Program-made: the position numbers and the translations under genes
The notes under the pieces: model-generated
The model's input: only the letters and a program-made list of their open reading frames with translations
Databases searched by the model: none
What the model was told of the DNA's origin: nothing
Shown here: in pieces, positions 47,050 to 58,285 of the stretch
Position numbering within the stretch: position 1 is the stretch's first letter
Layout of the letters: each line of letters begins with the position of its first letter
Assembly (NCBI RefSeq): GCF_001194135.2
Contig: NC_068994.1
Coordinates: 41,168,814-41,232,813 of the forward strand
From: Octopus bimaculoides
Taxonomy: Eukaryota
Length of the DNA stretch: 64,000 nt
Direction of reading: 5' to 3'

Positions 47050-47720
47050 GATTGACTTTGTTTATTAAAACGAAAATGAAATGAAGGAACAATATTTCGT
47101 CACTCCGTGTGTCTTTTACAAGTTCAAACTATGAAATGAAATTATATTCAAAGATAGGAAATGGCTGAAACATTCAAAATTAAACCAGAATAACTGCGCT
47201 TCTTTCCAAGTAAAATGATGTCATCAGTCTTCAGTCTTTCATAAAAGGTAGCAGAAGGAAGGAAGGAAAGAAAGAAAAGAATGGGGGGAAACAAAATTAT
47301 TCAGTCAAAAAGTTTAGTATAAATATGGTGGAGTTCACCTGCCATTTTATTAATTCCTCTAGGCTCAGATGTCAACAGCTCACAAATATATCTATCATCA
47401 TGGGTTTTGAGGACTGAAAGTGCAGTGTGGGTGAGGGTATTTTTTGAGAATGTGCAACCTCAGGTCCTCCTCAAATTTACACCCTTTTGATGTGAAATGC
47501 TCTGCAAGTTCCATGGAATCACTGTTATTGTGCCTGACATCACACCTCTGTCCGTTAAGTCTTTTTTGTAATTGTTCTGTTGTGCAACCAATATAAACCA
47601 TTTTGTGGTCTACTGCATACACCAAATGGGAATCCTTACATGTCCCTCCTTCTGTGTAAATCATAACATTTTTGTTATAATTCTTGATGGAATTGGTCTG
47701 ACTCATGTTATTGCACAACG
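47050..47720 (-). mobile_element. Penelope-like element 3' remnant (GIY-YIG endonuclease fragment plus LTR-like tail)
   Basis: ORF 47398-47718 reads TCKDSHLVYAV..KMVYIGCTTEQLQKRLNGQRCDVR...LAEHF, a PLE GIY-YIG pattern. It continues after a frameshift as YICELLTSEPRGINK. Downstream are a degenerate ...GTGAC-GAAAT motif and AATAAA near 47060-47120. Confidence 0.8.
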
Positions 47721-48098
47721 AACTGGAAATATTTCACATGTTCACTTCAAATTTCACTAATTTTGAATTGCCTTGATATCATAGTGTTAACATACATTTT
47801 TGGAAATATTAATATTAATTACAATAATATTTTATATGTGTGTGTGTATGTATGTATATGTATATATATATATATATCAACACAAGTTTATTATTCTTGA
47901 ATTTGTTTTGCCTGNNNNNNNNNNNNNNNNNNNNNNNNNNNNNNNNNNNNNNNNNNNNNNNNNNNNNNNNNNNNNNNNNNNNNNNNNNNNNNNNNNNNNN
48001 NNNNNNNNNNNNNNNNNNNNNNNNNNNNNNNNNNNNNNNNNNNNNNNNNNNNNNNNNNNNNNNNNNNNNNNNNNNNNNNNNNNNNNNNNNNNNNNNNN

Positions 48099-48345
48099 TT
48101 GTGCGGGTGGCACATAAAAGACACCATTTCGAGCGTGGCCGTTTTTGTGCGGGTGACACGTAAAAGCACCCACTACACTCTCTGAGTGGTTGGCGTTAGG
48201 AAGGGCATCCAGCTGTAGAAACTCTGCCAAATCAGACTGGAGCCTGGTGTTGCCATCCGGTTTCACCAGTCCTCAGTCAAATCGTCCAACCCATGCTAGC
48301 ATGGAAAGCGGACGTTAAACGATGATGATGATGATGATGATGATA
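48099..48345 (+). mobile_element. Young family D SINE with intact CpGs and (GAT)n tail
   Basis: Ends AAATCGTCCAACCCATGCTAGCATGGAAAGCGGACGTTAAACGATGATGATG; the 5' end is lost in the N-gap. Confidence 0.85.
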
Positions 48346-48504
48346 TGTATATATATATGTGTGTATGTATGTGTATGTGTATATGATTATGTATCTAGAT
48401 GTGTGTGTATATATATATATATATCAACACAAGTTTATTATTCTTGAATTTGTTTTGCCTGAGTTTTCAAGTTCCACCTCATGGTTTATTCAACTAGTTG
48501 ACTG

Positions 48505-48895
48505 ACTAGATGTGATTGTGTGGTAAGAAGTTTGCTGCTCAGCCACATGGTTCCAGGCTCAGTTTCATTGCATGGCACCTTGGGTAAGTGCCTTCTACTA
48601 TAGCCTTGGGCTGACCAAAGCCTTGTAAGTGGATTTGGTAGATGAAAACTGAAAGTAACCCATCATGTGTATGTGTGTGTGAGTGTGTTTATTTTTTTGT
48701 GTCTCTGTTTGTCCCCCACCATTGCTTGACAATTGATGCTGGTGTGTTTATGTCCCCAAAGCTTAGCAGTTCGGCAAAATAAACCAATAGAATAAGAACT
48801 AGGCTTACAAAAACAAGTCATTTGACTGTGGCTCCAGCATGGCCACAGTCAAATGACTGAAACAAAAGAATAACAGAATAAAAGAATATTTCTAT
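48505..48895 (+). mobile_element. SINE family A, near full length
   Basis: Head, central (TG)n and tail are all present. Confidence 0.8.
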
Positions 48896-49160
48896 TGCTA
48901 TATACTTACTTTGCACTAATTAATTTTGAAAATAATGTTATGATTAAGCTTGAGTTTAGAACATAAATTAGTATGAAATTTTGATGGAAGATTTTAATCT
49001 TGGTTACTTTTACACAAGAAGTGCATATCCTTGAATTAGGAGCAGTTTCAGCTAAGCTGGTATCAAGGGGTTCATAAGAAATTTGACTCTATATTCAATA
49101 TTGAATCTCCCAAACAGTAAGTGTTGTGTTGTTATACTTAAACTTGCTTTGAAATTATAG

Positions 49161-49607
49161 CCTTAATTTAATATTGATTTCAAATTTTGGCAAACGACCT
49201 GCAATTTTAGCAGGAGGGGGATAAGTCAGTTTTATTGACCCCAATAAAATGGAAGGCAAAGTCAACCTCAATGAAATTGAACTCATAATAGAAAGATGGC
49301 AGAAATGCCATTAAGCAGTTTGCCAGGCATGTTAACAGTTCTGCCAACTCATTACCTTAAACCTTAATTTAATATTGGTTTCAGATTTTGGTACAAGGCC
49401 AGCAATTTTAGAGGGAGGAAGTGAGTCAATTGCATCAATCCCAGTGCTCAACTGGTACTTATCTTATCGACTCTGAGAAGATGGAAAGCAAAGTTGACCT
49501 CCATGGAAATTGAACTCAAAATGTAAAATACAAATGAAGTGCCTCTAAGCATTTTACCAGATGTGCTAATAGTTCTGCCAGTTCGCTGCCTTAAACTTTA
49601 ATTTAAT
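49161..49607 (-). mobile_element. Two tandem family B SINEs bounded by three copies of a 12-bp flank
   Basis: CCTTAATTTAAT at 49161 and 49362, and CTTTAATTTAAT at 49596. Confidence 0.75.
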
Positions 49608-50556
49608 CTTCAAAACATGTAATACATGATGTTATAACACAGTTTCAGTTTTATTGAATGCTAACATGGATTAATTAGATCTACAAATTCTACTTTCAAA
49701 CCAATACCTGTAGAAAAAAAGTCATATGAGTATATAGTAAACTATTGTTTGAAATAACAGGTAAATTTTTCACGGAAACAATTTTATCTGAGAAGCTCTA
49801 ATCATTGAAATCTGTTGAAATCTATTCTGCTAGACAATACTAACTACTGTTAAATAGATATGAAAATCAATGCTACATATTTAAAAACAAAATAGGAAAT
49901 AAAGTTTTCAAACAGCTAAAAGTCTTATTTTGGCACATTTATCTAAATACTGAACATACTATAATATTATTAATGCGTCATTTTATTTTTTTTTTTCTCC
50001 CAAAGAGTTAACTTCTAATCCAATTTCTGTATGTCCCTCGAGGCAAACTACATTTGAGATCTCAATCTGAAAGGCATTGCAGACAGAGAAGATGAAATGC
50101 AGTAGATAAGGAAACTTGAGCTTTTAAAAGGTAACTTTATTCCAAATGAGGCAATGGAGATTTTGAAAAGAAAAGAAAAAAAAATAGATAACTGTTTTTG
50201 GTATTGTTTAACAGAGTGTAATTTGATTAAAGATTATAATATATAAATATNNNNNNNNNNNNNNNNNNNNNNNNNNNNNNNNNNNNNNNNNNNNNNNNNN
50301 NNNNNNNNNNNNNNNNNNNNNNNNNNNNNNNNNNNNNNNNNNNNNNNNNNNNNNNNNNNNNNNNNNNNNNNNNNNNNNNNNNNNNNNNNNNNNNNNNNNN
50401 NNNNNNNNNNNNNNNNNNNNNNNNNNNNNNNNNNNNNNNNNNNNNNNNNNNNNNNNNNNNNNNNNNNNNNNNNNNNNNNATATATATATATATATATATA
50501 CATATGTATACATATATATTATATATATATACATACACATACACACATGCACACAC

Positions 50557-50601
<45 letters not shown>

Positions 50602-51921
50602 TATATATATATATAAGTATTTGTGTATGTAGCTATGCATGTAGATATGTATTTATATATGTATATATGCACATATATGTATATGTATATGTGTATGAAT
50701 GTATACACACACACACACATATATAATAGGTAGATAAATAGATAGATGAATAGATAGATGGATTGATAGACAGATAGATATATATGTGAACAGATATATA
50801 TATAGATATATATGTATGTATATATGTGTGTGTTATTTTATATATATATGTGCATATATAGGTATGGGTGTATATATATATATAAATATACACGCATGTA
50901 TTATCTACATATTAATATACTTATATATATTTATAAGTGTGTATATCTGTATGCCTGTATCACCATCATCTTATGTTTCTTGTTTCACTATGATTTATAA
51001 ATTTATATATTTACACATGCTTATGCACACACAAACACAAGCACACACACATGCACACAAACAGGCACGGTGGTAGACGGGATTCATTCAATTTTAGAAA
51101 TAAATAAATTATTGCAAATACATGTGTATATGATTATTTGGATATGTTGACATATATATATATGCTTGTACATGTGCATGAGTGTACATGTGCATGTATA
51201 TGAGTGTGTGTGTGTATGCATGTGTGTGTGTGCATGTGTGTGGGCATATGTGTGTGTGTGTGTGTGCGTGTGTGTGTGTGCGTGTGTGTGTGTGTGTGTG
51301 TGCTATTTAAATATTTACAAAACAATAATCTTCTGCTATTAATCTATGTAATGACAATCAAAATGCTTATTTTTGCAACAAGGCAATGAAATATAATTAT
51401 TTTCAGTTTGATTGAGGCAAACAATGCACAGATTAGCTTGTTAAAATTTCTTTTCTTTTAGATTTTAATATATTTGGACAAGTTTGATTTGTTTTGTGTG
51501 CATGTGTGTGTGTGCATGTGTGTGGGCATATGTGTGTGTGTGTGTGCGTGTGTGTGTGCGTGTGTGTGTGTGTGTGCGTGTGTGTGTGTGTTAGAATGTG
51601 ATTCTTGTAGTTTGATGTATCCTCTTGTGTGTATCTGAGTGTCAGATGGTGTGATTTATGGTTGTTTGCATGTGTGAATGCTTGGTTAAGTGTATGTAGG
51701 CATAAATCTCTGTATATGTATGCCTGTATTTGCACTTCTGTGTATGTGTGTGTACGTGTATACATATTTATATATTGTGTGATACGAAATTTGCTTCCCA
51801 ACGACGTGGTCCCTGGTTCAGCTCCACTGCATGGCACCTTGAGCAAGTGTCTTCAACTAAGCCTTCAGCTGACAAATGAATTACTAGTTGACTTTGTGGA
51901 CAGAAACTGAAAGAAGCCTGC

Positions 51922-51956
<35 letters not shown>

Positions 51957-52211
51957 TTTTCCTAGCTACTTAGAGTGTAAAGTACAATTTTGATAATAAG
52001 GAGAATGAAGAATTTGAATATTCAAACTTTATGTTTATTGGCAGTTGGTCTATTCATAATAATTGTCTGATGCATATTTTGATTGCATTAATTTCATATC
52101 ATTGCATATTTATATTCAGTGATTTATGCATTATTAGTATGGTCTCTTCGAGGTGTATAAATATGACATTATTATTAAAATTGTACTTTACACTCTAAGT
52201 AGTCAGGAAAA
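51957..52211. mobile_element. MITE, ~43-bp TIRs, superfamily unassigned
   Basis: TTTTCCTAGCTACTTAGAGTGTAAAGTACAATTTTGATAATAA vs the reverse complement of TTATTATTAAAATTGTACTTTACACTCTAAGTAGTCAGGAAAA. Confidence 0.8.
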
Positions 52212-52973
52212 TGCTTTAACATCAGATGGGACTTATAGAAAATTTACCATAAAATGCAACATCTGGAGGAACACAGCACCGTTAAGTTAAGCTTCGTGCA
52301 ATGGCCATACTCGATAACGGGGGGGGGGGGCAGCCATCATGTATGTGTGTATATATGTGTGTGTGTATTTGTGTATGTCTTTTGTTTGTCTCTTGTCACT
52401 ATTTTGTTTGTTTACATCCACATGACTTTGAAATTTGACATAAGATGATAGAATAAGTACCAGACTTTAAAAAATAAGCACTAAACCTTCCTAGGTGATG
52501 CTCCAGCATGGCTGCTGTCCAATGAGTGAAACAAGCAAACATAAAATGTGTGTGTGTATGTGTGTTATACCTTCATCATTTTTGCATCTCTTTTTCCATG
52601 TTTACATGGGTCACAAAATTTGTTAAGGCAGATTTTCGACGGGTGATGGCTGCATAAATCAAAGATGTAACTTTATTGTCAAACAGAAGCAAAAAGAAAG
52701 AAAATATCTAATCAAGCTAGACTTGAATAACATTTAATTGGCTACAGTAGTAGAAAAATTCAATGAGGATCCCACTATGTGGTATTTTACCTGATAGATA
52801 TAGTAAACAACAATCTTTCAAATCAAACCAACTATTTTTTTTTTTTTTAATGCCTTGGTAAGAAGTAAAAGGATGATGAAGCAGCTTAGGTCTTAGTGAA
52901 AGAAGAATACATTAAGTAACATAGTCCTGGATATACAGTGCTTGTATAAAATACATGATGATCACAATTGTGA

Positions 52974-53008
<35 letters not shown>

Positions 53009-53225
53009 CTGTTTATCACAAATCTGCTCAATTGGAGCTGATCTGGGTCCAAACAGCTACATTATCAACATCGTGATGATGACGACGCCACCACCAGCAA
53101 CAACGCCACCAACAACAACAACAATGAGTCAAAGCTGAAGCTTCTATAATGTCGCCCAACTTCCAAGAAATAACAACCAATTTTCCTTCAAATAAAAGCC
53201 TACATGTTCTTGGGTTGTCTGCACA

Positions 53226-53265
53226 TAGGGAAAAGAGGGTGCACTTTCTCTTATATATGTACACA

Positions 53266-53315
<50 letters not shown>
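53226..53315 (-). promoter_or_regulatory. Candidate core promoter (GA repeat, TATA box) possibly for the protocadherin
   Basis: Minus strand: (GA)n, then TATATAAG (53250-53257), with a possible start ~30 nt downstream and a CAG|GTAAAA donor at 52791/52790. Motif inference only. Confidence 0.25.
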
Positions 53316-53326
<11 letters not shown>

Positions 53327-53395
53327 NNNNNNNNNNNNNNNNNNNNNNNNNNNNNNNNNNNNNNNNNNNNNNNNNNNNNNNNNNNNNNNNNNNNN

Positions 53396-53427
<32 letters not shown>

Positions 53428-53495
53428 TAGATAGATAGATAGACTGACAGAGAGATAGATAGATAGATAGATAGATAGACAGACAGAGAGATAGA

Positions 53496-53561
<66 letters not shown>

Positions 53562-53618
53562 GATATAGATACATATACAGATTCATACATATATATATAT
53601 GTATGTGCGTGTATGTAC

Positions 53619-53655
<37 letters not shown>

Positions 53656-54108
53656 CACACACACACATGGATAACAAAATTTCTTTCATTCTCCATCTCT
53701 TAAATCCACTGATGTGTGTGTGTTTGTGTGTGAATGTGTGTGTGTGTGCACGTGTGTGTGCGCGTGCATGCATGCATGTGTGTGTGTTCATATGCTTAGC
53801 AATATATTTTCAGGATGCATACTGTGTTGATTTTTAAGCCAGTGTTCCAAGATACCATCAAAACTAATATACTGACATTTCCCAGTTACAAAAGATGTTG
53901 GATTGTCAAAACTGTACTATATTGGATTTGATTTATTCAATTATACTCTTTAAGAAGATAAGTCAAAGAATAAAAGAATGTATCCTCTCTGTAACATCTT
54001 GTACATTCTCCTTTTGCATCATTTCTTAAATTAGGAAATTAAAAATTTTAAATTATGGAATTAAAAACCCAATTACATCCTTTGCAATATATATATATAT
54101 ATATATAT

Positions 54109-54473
54109 ATCCTGTAAATAACAATAATGGTATTTTTATATAAGCTTAAAGCTTATGGTGATTACCATGCAATGACTTAGGAAAATAGTCTAATAAAGGG
54201 GTATATAAGCCCTCGACAGACAATCGAAGGCTTTCCTATCTGCGTGGGAATCGAACCCACATCCCTTTGTTAATGCAGCTAAGTGTGCTACCTTTACACC
54301 AGTGAATCAGCCTCCCTTTTCCTTTCAAATTTAAGAACTATAATAGTTCATGTTTGTTTTTTCATATGTAAAACTTTCTATATGCTTATTAGACTATTTT
54401 CCTTAGTCATTGCACGGTGATCACCATAAGCTTTAAGCTTATGCAAAAATACCATAATTATTAATTACTGGAT
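54109..54473. mobile_element. MITE with ~88-bp TIRs enclosing a tRNA-derived Pol III cassette
   Basis: The TIR core 54123-54196 vs 54386-54459 has 6 differences in 74 bp. Inside, on the minus strand, are A-box-like TGGTGTAAAGG (54291-54301), B box GGTTCGATTCC (54247-54257) and T stem GTGGG/CCCAC. Confidence 0.85.
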
Positions 54474-55739
54474 TGTAAAAATGGTGCCTTATACTCACTA
54501 ATTTCAGAAAGAAAGGTATGAGATGGAACTAATACTGAAAGTCCTGCCATAAATATTTTATGCCTTGATATACTCTCCACCGCCATCACCATCATAGCAC
54601 TAGCCTTATCGTCATCATCATCACCACCACCCCTACTACCACCACTCTCATCATCATTCCCATCACCATCACTGCTACCACCAGTGTTACCTTCATTATC
54701 ATCACTTTCATCATCATTATCATCTTTGTCACCACCACCACCACCACCACCATTACCACCATCACTACTAACACCACCGCTACTGCTGTCATTATCATCA
54801 TCACTGTTTCCCTGAGTGCTTTCCTACATGTTGAGCAGGATATTTCTTGCTATGTGCTGGGAAGGACATTTTTGAGATGGTCTCTTATGGTCTGGTGCCT
54901 TTTCCATTTCCACCCACTTTAGTTCTTTCTTAAAGCACAAGGAACACAGCATAAGCAAAACAATCCTGGAATACACATCATTATAATAAATTATAATTGA
55001 TTATATAAATCACAGTCTTTTTCTCATTAAAAGCTTAGCAAATCAAATACCATTTTATTGTTTGTACAAACTATTAGAAATATTTCAAAATACCTTTTCC
55101 AGTTTAGCACACAGTAGTACTTCTCCCATAAAGATCTGCATTTTATGTACATACAGATGTACATACACTTACATATATACAGATGTATATGAGTATGTGC
55201 GTGCGTGTGTGTGTGTGTATATGTGTGTACATATTCCAGCCAGTGGATAATACCACACCAATAAAGCATGCAGAAAACCTGCATTATGATCATCAATAGA
55301 AAGTTTCATTGCTTATAAAAGATTTGTTAGAAGTGGAACAACTCGGAATTGATGATAATTAAAATGAAAAGGTACGTAATTAAATTTTTAAGATTCTTTG
55401 TTAAAAATATTTCAACAATGTAAAACACTTTTAGTAATTATACCTGGCTAATTAAATTTAAATTGCATTTTATATCCAATGCTATGCCTTGCTATACCAA
55501 GCATCATGGAGTATTGTTGTAGAAATAAATAAAGTTTTATAATTTCTATGCTTCAATTATCTAACATAAATGCTTCAGGAAGATTATATACAGTAATTGA
55601 AATAAGGAATACTTGAACTATCCTGTGCTAGATTTTCCTATGAAATAATCCAGATGAACTACAATGGACATTTATAAAAGAAATAGAAAAGTGAAATTGA
55701 ATATGGAAAGGTTTGAATTTCTCTGTATCTAAATACAAT

Positions 55740-56280
55740 AGCGTCTACAATACTATCTATCTATGTCTGCTTGTGCATTTCTGTAATCATGTGTATATGT
55801 GCATGCATTTGTGCATGTATCTGTATTTATGTGTGCATGTATCTGTGTGTGTGATTGTGCATTTAAAGGTGTGGACGTATGGATATATGTATATGTGTGT
55901 TTGTGTATATCTATCTATCTATCTATCTATATATAAGTGCATACATAGCACTGACAATATCATGTATGTCTACTTGTACATTTCTGTAACCATGTGTATG
56001 TGTGTATGCATTTGTGCATGTATCTGTATTTATGTGTGTATGCATATGTATGTATGTATGTATATATATATATATATATATATATGCATGTAAGTGCATA
56101 CATAGCACTGACAATATCATGTATGTCTGCCTGTGGATTTCTATAACCATGTGTATATGTGCATCTATTTATGCATGTATCTGTATTTATATGTGTGTGT
56201 ATCTCTGAGTGTGTGCTTATTCATTTAAGGGTGTGGATGTATTGATATGTGTATGTGTTTATACATATATGTGCGTTAAG
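55740..56280. repeat. Three-unit minisatellite (~160-190 bp) built on microsatellite-like sequence
   Basis: AAGTGCATACATAGCACTGACAATATCATGTATGTCT is identical near 55935 and 56092. ATTTCT.TAA.CATGTGTAT...GCATGTATCTGTATTTAT occurs three times. Confidence 0.8.
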
Positions 56281-56339
56281 TGCTAGCAAAGCAAGGCTTC
56301 TATGAATCATGCTAAATCACAGATGTCTTTATATATCAT

Positions 56340-56833
56340 ACATGGTTGTGTGGTTAAGAAGCTTGCCTTGCATCCACGCGGTTTTGGATACAGTTCTCCC
56401 TGTACCGCACCTTGGGCAAGTGTTTTCTTCTATAGTCCAAGGTCAACCAATGACTTGTGTGTGAGTATGGTGGGCAAAAACTGCATGCAAATCTGTCATA
56501 TACATAAATATATTTGTGTGTATGCATGTGTGTGTGATTGAGTGTGTATATGGGTGTGTACGTCTCTGAGTGAGTGTGTGTATGTGTGTGAGTGAGTGAG
56601 TGTGTGAGTGAGTGTGTACGTGTGTGTGTGTATGTGAGTGTGTATGTGTGTGCATGCACATGTGTGTGAGTGAGTGTGTACGTGTGTGTGTATGCATGTG
56701 TGTGCGAGTGAGTGAGTGAGTGTGTGTTCTTGTATCTTTCACCACTTGACGACCAGTACTGGTTGCTTGTTAGTTTACAGCCGCATAAATCAGCACCTCT
56801 GCAAAAGGTACTAATAAAATAAACGCCAGAATT

Positions 56834-56907
<74 letters not shown>

Positions 56908-57120
56908 GTATCTGTGTGTGTGTCCCCCCACCAACATCGCTTGGCAACTGATGCTGGTGTGTTTACGTCCCCGTAACTTAGCGGTTTGGCAAAAGAGACC
57001 GATAGAATAAGTACTAGGCTTACAAATAATAAGTCCTGGGGGTTGATTTGCTCGACTAAAGGTGGTGCTCCAGCATGGCCGCAGTCAAAATGACTGAAAC
57101 AAGTAAAAGAATAAAAGAAA
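56340..57120 (+). mobile_element. SINE family A with expanded central microsatellites
   Basis: Head at ~56340 and a near-consensus tail at 56925-57120. Confidence 0.7.
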
Positions 57121-58069
57121 ATATATAGAAGAGTGGTGATATATAAAGGTGTACATGGTACAATATATTTATAGCTATATATGTGTATGTGTGTATAAAT
57201 ATACAACATGATTCTGAACAGTTCCTATCAAATTTCACTCACAAGGCGGTAGTCAACATGAGGTTACTGAAGAAGATATTTTCTCTCAGGGCAACATGCA
57301 GTGTGATTGATCCTAGAACCATGTGGCTGCAAAACAAACTCCTTAACCACATAACCATGCCTGCACTGCTTACGATTTGTTCCAATATTTTTTGCTTATT
57401 GATTCCACCTTCATCCTACATGTTTCTGTTGCATTCATTTCTTTAACTTAAAGTTCTTGTTGCAATTTCTGTACGGTTTTATTTAATTTATTCCCACAAT
57501 TTGTTTCCTCATTGGTTCACTTTTAGCATTTTTCTTCTATTTTTGTCATAAATTATATTGTTGGCTGTCTGTTAGCTCTAGAAGTTATAATCAAATCACC
57601 AATATATATATATAAATTTATTTTCATTCTGTTCAAAATTTTATCATCCTGGAAGCTTATTGGTCTTCATATTTGACTTTCCTTGCTTATTTTCTTAAAC
57701 CATTGTTAAGTTAGTGCAGATAAAACTCGATTGCTATCTACTAGGTAGCAACAGTCATTTCCTTTCTTTTAATAGCTTAGTCCAAGGCTTATGCTTAGGG
57801 GCTATGACACTTTCAGAGTTGTTGCGACTGATGAGGGAAAGGATAGAAATTATTCCTCTGCTTCCAACCTGACCGAGATATTCTCAGCAGAGTGGACAAC
57901 ATTAAAGGGATGGAAGAATTCTGTAGTGAGTGTCAGATGAAGCTTCTTTCTCGAAAGGATTGAATATGGGTCCACCATCAATAAAATTCCACACAATTAT
58001 TATCAACCAGATTACCAAATTTCAGTCACAGCGCTTTAGCTGATTCAAGGTTTTCCTAGGAGACACATT

Positions 58070-58285
58070 TGTAGTACATCAAACAACCTGGTGTTTGCCC
58101 TTCCAAAAAAAGTTGCATTTCATTTCAAAGAAAGAATGAAACATATGTTACTTGACTTTTACAATGTTTACAAAGATACACCAAAGAAAATAACTAATCA
58201 GTTACTAAACTGAATTTGAGATGTCAAAATATTGACCGGAATAACGTGACTGTATACACTGCTGACAATGTTAGTGTAAACCAGT
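58070..58285 (+). pseudogene. Probable hAT-like transposase remnant
   Basis: Frame from 58070 gives ...FHFKERMKHMLLDFYNVYKDTPKKITNQLL, and after a frameshift NVTVYTADNVSVN. This recalls the LLDF...E(T)...YSADNASVN pattern of hAT-like transposases; recognised from memory, not searched. Confidence 0.4.

Noticed and set aside
50005-50129. Plus-strand segment with a good acceptor and donor; similar isolated minus-strand donors at ~61351 and ~62949
   Set aside because: The plus-strand segment has stops in all three frames, and none of these signals has a partner exon. They show how often such signals occur by chance.
51217-51590. Same compound (TG)n/GCAT pattern repeated ~280 bp apart
   Set aside because: Low complexity; slippage, conversion or assembly artefact cannot be told apart, and no function is implied.
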